A stretch of 64,000 nucleotides of DNA from Malacoraja senta (taxonomy: Eukaryota): the NCBI GenBank assembly GCA_038087875.1, contig CM075977.1:308264001-308328000 (forward strand), written 5' to 3'. A program made the position numbers and the translations under genes. Of the stretch, positions 13,218 to 25,235 are shown piece after piece (position 1 is the first letter of the stretch; each line of letters opens with the position of its first letter). The notes under the pieces are model-generated. The model saw nothing but the letters and a program-made list of their open reading frames with translations, was not told the origin of the DNA and did no database searches.

Positions 13218-13702
13218 GGATCAGAACCCTGCTTTACACAGTGCCTGATTCTGGTTTCCATGGAAACAGATATCGGGTAGGGAGCAACCTATATTATTCC
13301 ATTTAGGGACAACAGCAAAATTTAATCCCCTATAATGGACTATCCTTTACTTACTATTCATTAACTTAGATGAATGGAAAATTGCACAATTTCATTTGTA
13401 CCACTGTCCCTAACTTGCTTTCAAATAGCCTGCCCCCCCCCCCCCCGATGGATCATTTATATCCAAACACCAGAGAAAATGTTTGACAATGCTTTCCAAT
13501 AATTAGTTTCTTGACAGCAAAAGTAATTCCTTACTATCACCAAAAATAAGAATTGTTTATAACATTTTAAATTTCAAATCTATTTTCTGATTATTGAGAT
13601 GAAAGGGAATGACAGCTTCTTTAATGTATGAGTAGTATGTTTCATGCTTGCTCATCATTAACTGCAGCCAAATTATGTTTCAAAGTCAATAGAATGAACC
13701 TA

Positions 13703-13828
<126 letters not shown>

Positions 13829-13917
13829 TTACCTCAATTTCACATGGACACATTCAAGTGCAACTTAGTTGCTGTTCGATTAGTTTACCAAGGCAACATT
13901 ACTCCTTGTGCCAGTAA

Positions 13918-14448
13918 AGGCTCTGTCTTACGTGTTTGCGGTCATCGGCAGTGAAGCGTGGCTTCGCCTGTAGAGTGGACCGCACGGCAGCGGCGAGAGC
14001 GCGGAGCCTATCCACGGGAGCGCCGCACGGATGCTGCGCGGGGGCCGAGTGATTCAAATACGGCTGGTCAGTAAAAAAAAGGGCGGGCCACTGCGATGAC
14101 GTCAGCCCGCCGCACATGACTCACAAGCGGCGGCTGTGGCAGCGGCCGTCCTGATCGCGGCGCTGTAGCGGTGGCTGTGCCTGCGGCCGTGCCGCACACG
14201 TGCCTCACTGGCGGAGGCTGTGGCGGTGCAAGTTTGACACACGGCGCTCGAGCCACACTGGCGGCGGCCGTGCGGGCGGCCGTGCCGCACTCGTGCATCA
14301 CTGGTGGAGGCTGTGCGGTAGGAAAATATTTTTCAACAGTGTAGGTTTTATTTTAGCACCGTGCGGTGTTGGGAACGAGTGCGCGGTCTATGGCGTCAGA
14401 TTCTTCCCGTTTCGCCGCCAATGACCGCAGACTCGTGAGACAGGCCTT
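13918..14448 (-). mobile_element. PIF/Harbinger MITE, copy 2 (inverted relative to copy 1)
   Basis: Same TIRs and interior as 5419-6022. TSD TAA at 13915-13917 and 14449-14451. Confidence 0.85.
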
Positions 14449-16641
14449 TAATTGTAGCATTTACTATGGAATCTAAAACTTAAATATACCGTAAGATTTG
14501 CAGGACAGCGACCGAGGAGTACAGCCACATGTTGGCAGGATGTTGAAGAAGCCGTTGGGCAAGTTTGGCTTCATCGATCAGTGTATTGAGTACGGTGTAT
14601 GAGATAAAGACACAAAATAGATAATAGACAATAGGTGCAGGAGTAGGCCATTTGGTCTTTCGAGCCAGCACCGCCATTCACTGTGATCATAGCTGATCAT
14701 CCACAATCAGTACCCCATTCCTGCCGTCTCCCCATATCCCTTGACTCCGCTACCTTTAAGAGCTCTATCTAACTCTCTTTTGAAAGCATCCAGATAATTG
14801 GCCTCCACTGCCTTCTGAGGCAGAGAATTCCACAGATTCACAACTCTCTGGGTGAAAAAGTTTTTCCTTAGGCACAGTTTAAGCCTAGCCATTCTTCTTA
14901 AACTGTGGCCTTTGGTTCTGTCTCCCCCAACATTGGGAACATGTTTCCTGCCTCTAGCGTGTCCAATCCCTGAATAATCTTATATGTTTCAATAAGATAT
15001 CCTCTCATCCTTCTAAATTCCAGAGTTTACAAGCCCAGCTGCTCCATTCAATCAAGATATGACAGTCCCGCCATGCCGGGAATTAATCTCGTGAACCTAT
15101 GCTGCGCTCCCTCAATAGCAAGAATGTCCTTCCTGAAATTTGGAGACCAAAACTGCACACAATACTCCAGGTGTGGTCTCACCAGGGCCCTGTACAACTG
15201 CAGAAGGACCTCTTTGCTCCTATACTCAACTCCTCTTGTTATGAAGGTTAACATGCCATTAGATTTCTTCACTGCCTGCAGTACTTACATGCTTACTTTC
15301 AGTGACTGATGAACAAGGACCCCCCAGATCTCGTTGTACTTCCCCTTTTCCCAATTTGACACCATTCAGATAATAATTTGCCTTCCTGTTTTTGCCACCA
15401 AAGTGGATAACCTCACATTTATCCACATTAAACTGCATCTGCCATGCATATGCCCACTCACCCAACCTGTCCAAGTCACCCTGCATCCGCATAGCATCCC
15501 CCTCACAGTTCACATTGCCACTCAGCTTTGTGTCAGCTGCAAATTTGCTAATGTTACTTCTAATCCCTTCATCTAAATCATTAATGTATATTGTAAATAG
15601 CGGTCACAGTACTTGCAGTACCTCACTAGTCACTGCCTGCCATTCTGAAAGGGACCCGTTAATCCCTACACTTTGTTTCCTGTCTGCCAACCAATTTTCT
15701 ATCCATGTCAGTACCCTACCCCCAATACCATGTGCTCTAATTTTGCCCACTAATCTTCTATGTGGGACCTTATCAAATGCTTTCTGAAAGTCCAGGTACA
15801 CTACATCCACTGGCTCTCCCTTGTCCATTTTTCTAGTTACATCCTCACAAATTTCCAGAAGATTAGTCAACCATGATTTCCCCTTCGAAAATTCATGCTG
15901 ACTCGGAACGATCCTGCTACTGCTATCGAAATGTGCCGCTATTTCATCTTTTATAATTGACTCCAGCATCTTCCCCACCACCGATGTCAGGCTAACTGGT
16001 CTATAATTCCCTGTTTTCTCTCTCGTCTTTCTTAAAAAGTGGGATAACATTAGCTACCCTCCAATCCACAGGAACTGATCCTGAATCCATAGAATATTGG
16101 AAAATCATCACCAATGCGTCCACGATTTCTAGAGCCACTTCCTTAAGTACCCTGGGATGCAGACCATCAGGCCCTGGGGATTTATCAACCTTCAGTCCCA
16201 TCAGTCTACCCAACACCATTTCCTGCCTAATGTGAATTTCCTTCAGTTCCTCCGTCACCGTAGGTTGTCTCGCCACTAGTACATTTGGGAGATGTGTCTT
16301 CCTTAGTGAAGACAGATCCAAAGTACCTGTTCAACTCGTCTTCCATTTCCTTGTTCCCGCATAATAAATTCACCTGTTTCTGTCTTCAAGGGTCCACCTT
16401 TGGTCTTAACTATTTTTTTCCTCTTCACATATCTAAAGAAGCTTTTACTATCCTCCTTTATATTCTTGCCAAGCTTACCTTCGCACCTATTCTTTTCTCC
16501 CCGTATTATCGTTTTAGCTATCTTCTGTTGCTCTTTAAAAGTTTTCCAATCCTCTGGCATCCTGCTCATCTTTGCTATGTTATACTTCTTCTCTTTTGTT
16601 TTTATACTGTCCCTGACTTCCCTTGTCAGCCACGGTAGCCC

Positions 16642-17637
16642 TTTGGATCTCGGCTAAGTTTTGTCATCAGAGCCACTTATGATGTTCTACCATCACCCCA
16701 GAACCTGAAGCAGTGGTTCGGAGAAGACCCCGCTTGCTCCCTTTGCCAAGCACCTGCATCACTAAGGCACATTTTAACAGGATGCACTGTGAGCCTCGGC
16801 CAAGGGTGTTACACTTGGCGGCATAACCAAGTTCTCAGACAGCAGGCATCAATCCTTGAACAGAGGCGAACGATCACAAATGCTTCCCCACCAACATCGG
16901 CAGAAAATGTCCACTTCACAACATTTGTACCAGCAGGCCAACGTCCAGAGCACCAGATAACATCAATGGATGCAAGCATTGTGCAGCCTGCTCGGGATTG
17001 GAAAATGGAAGTGGACTTAGAAAAAAGGCTTGTACTTCCCCAAGATATTGTGGCTACAACACTCCGGCCAGACATGGTCCTGTGGTCCACAACAGCCAAG
17101 TTGGCATACGTTGTGGAATTGACAGTTCCATGGGAAGATGGTGTTGAAAAAGCTTATGAGAGGAAAAAGACCAAGTACTCTGAACTGGCAACTGAAGCTT
17201 CCCAGAATGGCTGGAAGACCAAGATTTTCCCTGTCGAAGTGGGATGCAGGGGATTTGTTGCTACATCTATGACCAGGATATTAAAGAAAATAGGGGGTGA
17301 GGGGTCGCTCCCTCCAACAAGCAATCAAGTCATTATCAAATTCTGCAGAAAAAAGCAGCAATTTGATTTGGATCAAAAGGAGAGACAACAATTGGGCTGC
17401 AAGATGAAGACAGGAGGGTATGGAATTGATGGGGGTGTAACTGGGACGCCAGGTATCACCGTTGAGCCCTCTGGGGATGTTGTGGGCTTTTCAATGAAAC
17501 ATCAAAGAAGCAGGCTGCCCACCTGATGACCCTGGTGATGTACCTACCCTACCTTTCCCCACTCCAATCCCACTGCAAATAGCAAGAGTGCCGACTTATT
17601 ACAGGGATTGAAACATCAAGTCCTATTAGCTCTACTA
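16642..17637 (+). mobile_element. HERO-clade (R2-group, RLE) non-LTR retrotransposon, 5'-truncated
   Basis: RLSFVIRATYDVLPSPQNL..CSLCQAPASLRHILTGC (CCHC), YTWRHNQVL, and the RLE motifs LRPDMVLWS..VELTVPWE..K..KY..PVEVGCRG. One frameshift in the G-run near 17295; the corrected frame ends ..WIKRRDNNWAAR* at ~17407. Confidence 0.88.
17449..17540 (+). ncRNA. Candidate non-circularly permuted hammerhead ribozyme in the HERO 3'UTR
   Basis: GATG-T-T-GTGGGC ... GAAA-CATC ... GCCCAC-CTGATGA. Both core boxes sit directly beside the correct complementary stem I and stem III strands. Stem II is not canonical. Confidence 0.55.
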
Positions 17638-17936
17638 CTTACTCCCCTTAGAATCTTTCTTCCTCTTTGGAATTAATTGATCCTGCACCTTCTGTATTAT
17701 TCCCAGAAATACCTTCCATTGTTATTCCACTGTCATCCCTGCTAGGGTAATTTTCCAGTCAACTTTGGCCAGCTCTTCCCTTATGGCTTCATAGTCCCCT
17801 TTGTTCAACTGTAATACTGACACTTCCGAATTTCCCTCCTCCCTCTCAAATTGTAGATTAAACCTTATCATATTATGGTCACTACCTCCTAATGGCTCCT
17901 TTACCTCGAGTTCCCTTATCAAATCCGGTTCATTAC

Positions 17937-20548
17937 CGGAATTACAGAGGCAATAAGACACTAATTGGTGTTATCTACCGACCCCCAAATAGTAGCCCGG
18001 ATGTAGGGTGTACGTTGCAGCATGAGTTTAAACTGGCATGTAACAAATGTAATGCCACTGTGGTGATGGGGGATTTCAATATGCAGGTAGACTGGGAAAA
18101 TCAGGTTGGTTCAGGACCCCAAGAAAGAGAGTTTGTAGAATGCCTCCGAGATGGATTCTTAGAGCAGCTTGTAATGGAGCCGACCAGAGAAAAGGGAATT
18201 CTGGATTTAGTGTTGTCCAATGAACCAGATTTGATAAGAGAACTCGAGGTAAAGGAACCGCTTGGAGGTAGTGATCATAATATGATTAGTTTTAATCTGC
18301 AATTTGAGAAGGAGAAGGTTAAATCGGAATGGCAGTGATGCAATTGAACAAAGGGGACTATGAAGGCATGAGAGAGGAGCTGGCCAAGGAGCTGGACTGG
18401 AAAGAGATCCTAGCAGGAATTATGGTGGAACACCAATGGCAGAATTTTCTGGGCATAATCCGGAAGACGCAGGATCATTTCATTCCAAAAAGGAAGAAAG
18501 ATTCTAAGGGGGAGTGGGAGGCAACCGTGGCTGACAAGAGAAGTTAGGGATAGAATAAAATTAAAAGAAAAGATGTATAACACAGCAAAGAGTAGTCGGA
18601 AGCCAGAGGATTGGGAAAATTTCATAGGACAACAGAAGGAAACAAAACGGGCAATACGGGCTGAAAAGATGAAGTACGAGGGGAAGCTGGTCAGGAATAT
18701 AAAGAAGGACAGTGAAAGCTTCTTTAGATATGTTAAGAGAAGAAGAGTAGCAAAATCAGATGTGGGTCCTTTGAAGGCAGACACGGGTGAAATTATTATG
18801 GGGAACAAGGAAATGGCAGAGGAATTGAACAGGTGCTTTGGATCTGTCTTCACTAAGGAAGACACAAACAATCTCCCAGAAGTACTGGAGGACAGAGGAA
18901 CAAAGGGGATAGAGGAACTGAAAGAAATTATCATTAGACGAGAAATAGTATTGGGTAGGCTAATGGGACTGAAGGATGATAAATCCCCTGGGCCTGATGG
19001 TCTGCATCCCAGGGTCCTCATGGAGGTGGCTCTAGAAATAGTGGACGCACTGGTGATCATTTTCCAATAGATTCAGGATCAGTTCCTGTGGATTGGAGGA
19101 TAGCTAATGTTATCCCACTTTTCAAGAAAGGAGCGAGAGAGAAAACAAGGAATTACAGACCAGTTAGCCTGACCGGTGGTGGGAAAGATGCTGGAGTCAA
19201 TCATTAAAGAGGTAACAATGGGGCATTTGGATAGTAGTAAAAGGATTAGTCCAAATCAGCATGGATTTATGAAAGGAAAATCATGCTTGACTAATCTTCT
19301 GGAATTTTTTGAGGATGTGACAAGCAAAATGGATGAAGGGGAGCCAGTGGATGTAGTGTATCTAGACTTTCAGAAAGCCTTTGATAAGGTCCCGCATGGG
19401 AGACTGGTGACTGAAATTAGAGCACATGGTATTGGGAGTAGGGTGTTGACGTGGATAGAAAATTGGTTGGCAGACCGGAAGCAAAGAGTAGGAGTGAACG
19501 GGACCTTTCCAGAATGGCAGGCAGTGGCGAGTGGAGTGCCGCAAGGCTCGGTGTTGGGGCCGCATCTGTTTACCATATATTAATGATTTGGAAGAGGGAA
19601 TTAGGAGCAACACTAGCAAGTTTGCAGATGACACAAAGCTGGGTGGCAGTGTGAACTGTGAAGAGGATGTTAGGAGGTTGCAGGGTGCCTGGACAGGTTG
19701 AGTGTGTGGGCAGATGCGTGACAGATGCAGTATAATATAGATAAATGTGACGTTATCCACTTTGGTGGCAAAAACAAGGGGGCAGATTATTATCTCAATG
19801 GGGTTAGGTTAGGTAAGGGGGAGGTACAGCGAGACCTGGGTGTCCTTGTACACCGGTCACTGAAAGTTGGCGTGCAGGTACAGCAGGCAATGAAGAAAGC
19901 TAATGGAATGTTGGCCTTCATAACAAGAGGATTTCAGTATAGGAGTAGAGAGGTTCGTCTGCAGTTGTATAGGGCTCTGGTAAGACCACATCTGGAGCAT
20001 TGTGTACAGTTTTGGTCTCCTAATTTGTGGAAGGACATCCTTGTGATTGAGGCAGTGCAGCGTAGATTCACGAGATTGATCCTTGGGATGGCGGGACTGT
20101 CATATGAGGAAAGATTGAAAAGACTAGGCTTGTTTTCAATGGAATTTAGAAGGATGAGGGGGATCTTATAGAAACATATAAAATTATAAAAGGACTGGAC
20201 AAGCGAGATGCAGGAAAAATGTTCCCAATGTTGGGCGAGTCCAGAACCAGGGGCCACAGTCTTAGAATAAAAGGGAATAATAAGGCTGAGGTGAAAAAAA
20301 ACTTTTTCACCCAGAGAGTTGTGAATTTGTGGAATTCCCTGCCACAGAGGGCAGTGGAGGCCAAATCACTGGATGGATTTAAGAGAGAGTTAGATATAGC
20401 TCTAGGGGGTGGTGGAATCAAGGGATATGGGGAGAAGGCAGGCACGGGTTATTGATTGGGGACGATCAGCCATGATCACATTGAATGGCGGTGCTGGCTC
20501 GAAGGGCCGAATGGCCTCCTCCTGCACCTATTTTCTATGTTTCTATGT
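17937..20548 (+). mobile_element. CR1 LINE (APE C-half + RT + 3'UTR) nested in an antisense CR1
   Basis: IYRPP, GDFN, GSDH, YLDFQKAFD and [10 protein letters not shown] motifs. Flanking direct repeat TTCATTAC at 17929-17936 and 20549-20556. Confidence 0.92.
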
Positions 20549-21264
20549 TTCATTACACAACACTAAATCCAGAATTGCCTTCTCCCTGGTAGGCTCCAGT
20601 ACAAGCTGCTCTAGGAATCCATCTCGGAGGCACTCCACAAACTCCCTTTCTTGGGGTCCAGTATCAACCTGATTTTCCCAGTCTACCTGCATGATGAAAT
20701 CTCCCATAGCAACCGCAGCATTACCTTAGCAACATGCCAATTTTAACTCCTGATTATCCTATATCCAGGCTACTGTTTGGGGGCCTTTAGATAACTCCCA
20801 TTAGGGTCTTTTTACCTTTGCAATTCCTCAGTTCTATCCATACTGACTCTACATCTCCTGATTCTATGTCACCACTCGCAAGGGACTGAATTTCATTCCT
20901 CACCAATAGAGCTACCCCACCCCCTCTGCCCACCTGTCTGTCTTTTCGATAGAACCTATACCCTTGAATATTCAGTTCCCATCCCTGGCCCTCTTGCAGC
21001 CATGTCTCTGTAATTCCCATAACATTATACTTCCCAATGTTTAACTGAGCCTCAAGCTCATCCACTTTATTTCTTATACTTCGTGCACTCATGTATAATA
21101 CTTTTAATCCATTACTCCCCTCGCCTTTCACATTGATTCCTATTTCACTTGGCCATGCTCTCCTATCCCTTCCTGAGCTTTCTGCCCCATTAATTCTGGT
21201 GTCTTTCTTAACTTTTCTTATATTCTCTTTCCCTTTAACTCCATTCTTATATTTCCAGTTTGTC

Positions 21265-22070
21265 TGGAGTTACTCAGCGGATTAGGCAGCATCCCTGGAG
21301 AACATGGATTGGTGATGGTTTTCACCCATAGAGTTGTGAATCTGTAGAATTCTCTGCCACAGAAGACGGTGGAGGCCAATTCATTAGATGTTTTCAAAAG
21401 ATAGTTTGATATAGGTCTTAGGGCTAATGGAATCAAGGGATATGGGGAAAAAGCAGGAACGGGGTACTGATTTTTGTTGATCAGCCATGATCATATTGAA
21501 TGGCAGTCCTGGCTCGATGGGCCGAATGGCATATTCCTGCACCTTTTCTGTGTTTCTCTGATGTTTCGGGTCAGGATCCTTCTTCAGACTGATAAAAAAA
21601 ACTAGAAGAGTGGAGGGAGAAGACAAAGCATGGCAGGCCATGGGTGAACACAGGTGAGGGGACGGGTTTGATAGGCAGATTGTTGGACAAAGACCAGAGA
21701 TGAAAATACACATAGTTTGAGACAAAAGGATTAGAGCGTTGCAAATTGTGAAGCAGGAGGATTGACAAGGTGAGAATTGTTTTGGAATGTAGATGGAGAG
21801 GGAGGAGAGAAAATAGATGCAAGGTCAGCCAGGGGGAGGGAGAGGGGTGAAGAAAATGATTGGGGGGGGGGGTTACAGGGAAGAAAGGGGAGCAGGGTGT
21901 TTTGTACAGTTTAAGTTGGAGAATTCAATATTCATACGGTCAGGTTGTAAGCTACACAAGCAGAATATGAGATGATGTTCCTCCAGTTCGTGTGCGACCT
22001 CACTCTGGCAATGGAAGAGGCCCAGCACAGGTCAGTATTGGAATGGGAAGGGGAGTGGTTCGCAACCAGG
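21265..22070 (-). mobile_element. Penelope-like element remnant (GIY-YIG C-terminus + terminal repeat), interrupted by a CR1 3' end
   Basis: Minus strand ..VLGLFHCQSEVAHELEEHHLIFCLCSLQPDRMNIEFSN, followed by the ctgaagaagg..cgaaac repeat. Confidence 0.7.
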
Positions 22071-24675
22071 AGATGCAGCATGCCTTGGTGGAAGATGCAG
22101 AATCTTGAAAGCATACACCACCAGATTCAAGAACAGCTTCTTCCCCTCTGTTATCAGGCTTCTGTGTGGAACTTCCATAAGCAAGGGTATTGTCCAAATT
22201 CATCTCTTACCCCATTGAGGACATTGGACATTATCTATGGAACTGATGAGCTACAATGCTGAGAACTATATTCTGCACTCTGTATCTTCCACTTTGCTCT
22301 ACCTGTTGTACATGGGTTTGACGATTGTATTTATGTATCATATTATCGGATCTGATCCATACAAAACAAAGCTTTTCACTGTATCTCAGTATAAGTGACA
22401 GTAACAAGCCTAAACCTAAAACCTTGGGGCAAATTTTTCACACAGAGGGTGATGTGTACATGGAATGAACCATCAAAGGATGCGGTAGAGGGGGGTAGAA
22501 GTATGACATTTCAAACACACTTAGGCAGGTTCGTGGATAGGAATGCAATGGAAGGTTATGGGTCAGGAACAGGCAAGTAGGACCATCTCGGTCAGTATGG
22601 ATGAGTTGAGCCAAAGAGCCCACTGTTTTTCTCAAAAAATCAATGAATCTAGACCACAATGAGTTGGGATATTTGAAATGCAACATGACTTATATTGGTG
22701 CTATAGTTTCCTCCATGGATGCTTTGTTGACATCACTTCAACAAAATCACAGAAAACTCTAATGTGTTAGGAGCAAAGACATGACAGTTATTCCAATGAT
22801 AAATATGGAAGTTGTGCAGCTCTGCTCTCCACAACATGCTGAGGTTCAATGCAGATGTGGCAAGGGTACAATGATTTCATGTTCATCAACGTGAGCAATA
22901 TTGTAGCTGATATTAGTTTCTGGTGTTCTCATATTAGATGCTGTGCAAAGATTTAAACACATGCTAATAAACAAGTTTCCAAAAGGAATGTGGAAAGTTG
23001 CAAAACATGTTGCAGAGACAAAAGGATTTATCAGAAAAAATCTGACAGTTTCACAGAAGGCATGGATTTTAGAAAGGAGTGGATGGGTTTTATAAACACG
23101 GAGATGGAGAGGAAGATAATTGAATGAAATGTCCAGATATCTGTTACAGTCTTATATGAGGTTAGCCAAATTACCCTCCAAGGAAACTGCTCCATTTTAT
23201 TTCATTAATAATCGTCCTAAGGGATTGACTGCAAGAGAATGTTCACATCTTGAAACAGTTGTATTACTGGGTGTCAAGGTTACAAGCTGAGTGGTTATGT
23301 CTGCTTCCTGGCTCCACACCTCCACAATCTCAGAAACTCACAGCATAAGTGGCTGCCATTTACTCATCCTGCCTTTGAAAGAGCCACCCAATTTTGCCCA
23401 ATCACCAGTTATCTTCCTTAAGCTCCACAATTTTCTCACAAATCTGCTTCTGGTGTGCTTTCAGGCTATGCATTCCAAAACATAAGCACTTATGGCACAT
23501 AGATACATACTGCAGATACATAGACAACAGGTGCAGGAGTAGGCTATTTGGCCCTTTGAGCCAGCACTGCCATTCAATGTGATCATCCACAATCAATACC
23601 CTGTTCCTGCCTTCTCCCCATACCCATTGATTCAGCTTGTCCTAAGAGCTCTATCTAACTCTCTTTTGAATGCATCCAATGAATCGGCCTCCACTGCCTT
23701 CTGAGGCAGATAATTCCACAGATTCACAACTCACTGGGTGAAAAAGTGTTTCCTCTTTTAGACACTCTTTTAGAAAGGAGGTGAGGAGGAACTTCTTCAG
23801 TCAGAGGGTAGTTAATATGTGGAACTCCTTGCCACAGAGGGCTGTGGGGACCAAGTCAGTGGATATTTTTAAGGTAGAGATAGACAAATTCTTGATTAAC
23901 GGGTGTCAAGGGTTATGGAGCGAAGGCAGGAAAATGGGATTAGGAGGCAGAGATCAGCCATGATTTAATGGCGGAGTACACTCGATGGGCTGAATGGCCT
24001 AATTCTATTCCTATAATTTGTGAACTTGTGAATTCATCTCAGTTCTACTGGCCTACCCCTTATTCTAAAGCTGTGGCCCCTGATTCTAGACAGGTGTGAA
24101 ACGATGATCTATATTTAAAAGATTATTTTTCCAATTATTTTAAATCTGTTTCCTTTGGTAACCACCTTTCTGCAAGTGGAACCAATTTCTGCTTATTGAG
24201 TCTGTCAAAGTCATTCATCACTTTTTGAATTCCTCTATTAATTCTCTCCTTAACCTTCTCTGTTCTAAGGAGGACCACGTACATCAGGAAGATAATGACA
24301 AGCTCCAAACTGAGATTAAAGTGATTTTTCCTTATTTTCAAAAAGGATAGATGGTTTCACCAACTAGAACAGAGGATTTTATGTCGAATAAAACAATGGT
24401 TCAAGTTTAAACAAGGAAAATTGATAGGATGGAGACAAATGAGGGCAGTAAGAGTTTAGATTTAAGTTTCGGTTTTGGTTTTGTCGTGTGTACTGAGGTA
24501 CAGTGAAAAGCTTTGCTTGAGCATTGATTTTGTGATTAAACAACAATGACGCTCTCCCTGATGTATCACAATACATTAAATGTGAGCTTCATACAAACCT
24601 CAATGTGTTGCAAACCAAAGGATTAACTTCAGGCTGCAATAATGTATCACAGACAAAAATCAAAACAAAAAATCC

Positions 24676-24710
24676 TGTCTGAAGAAGGGTCTTGAGCCGA
24701 AACGTCACCC
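24676..24710 (+). ncRNA. Minimal type I hammerhead motif in a Penelope terminal repeat
   Basis: CTGAAGA-AGGGTCTTGAGCC-GAAA-CGTC; stem II carries one mismatch. Confidence 0.6.
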
Positions 24711-25235
24711 ATTCTTTCTCTCCGAAGATTCTCCCTGTAACACTGAGTTACTCCAGCATTTTGTGTCTATCTTCAGTGTAAACCAGCATCTGCACTTCCT
24801 TCCTACACTAAACATCCTGTTCTTCTCTACACATGCTTAATGACAGTACCATGCTTGTCAAGGTAAAGGATGCATCTTATGTTTGAACTAGTCTTCATGT
24901 GAAAATCAGTAAGGCTACTCAGACTTGGCAGGACCCCAATCACACTTAGAACACAAGAAAATAGGACCAGCACCAGACCGTCCAGTCCCTCAAGCATGCT
25001 CTTCCATTCAATATGATCATGGCTAATCTGCCCTGGCCTCATCTGATCTTCTGTGCCAGTCACCTTTAGCCCTGAAATTCCCAATTGTTCAAAAATATAT
25101 CTGCCTCCTTTTAGAATTTGCCTGTGACAATGCCTGTATAACCTTTTTGGATTGGAGAATTCCAGAGATTCACCACTCTGCAAGAGGAAATTCCCACGCA
25201 CCTCAGTTTAAAATGACTGTTTGCCGATCTTGAAA

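Larger units (their letters stand above)
14620..21260 (-). mobile_element. CR1 LINE ORF2 (APE+RT), decayed, hosting HERO and a second CR1
   Basis: APE start LKVLYMSARSIRNK..GITETWL (20787-21131), RT motifs at 15000-16320, 3' tail at 14620. Sequence is continuous across the two nested inserts. Confidence 0.9.
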
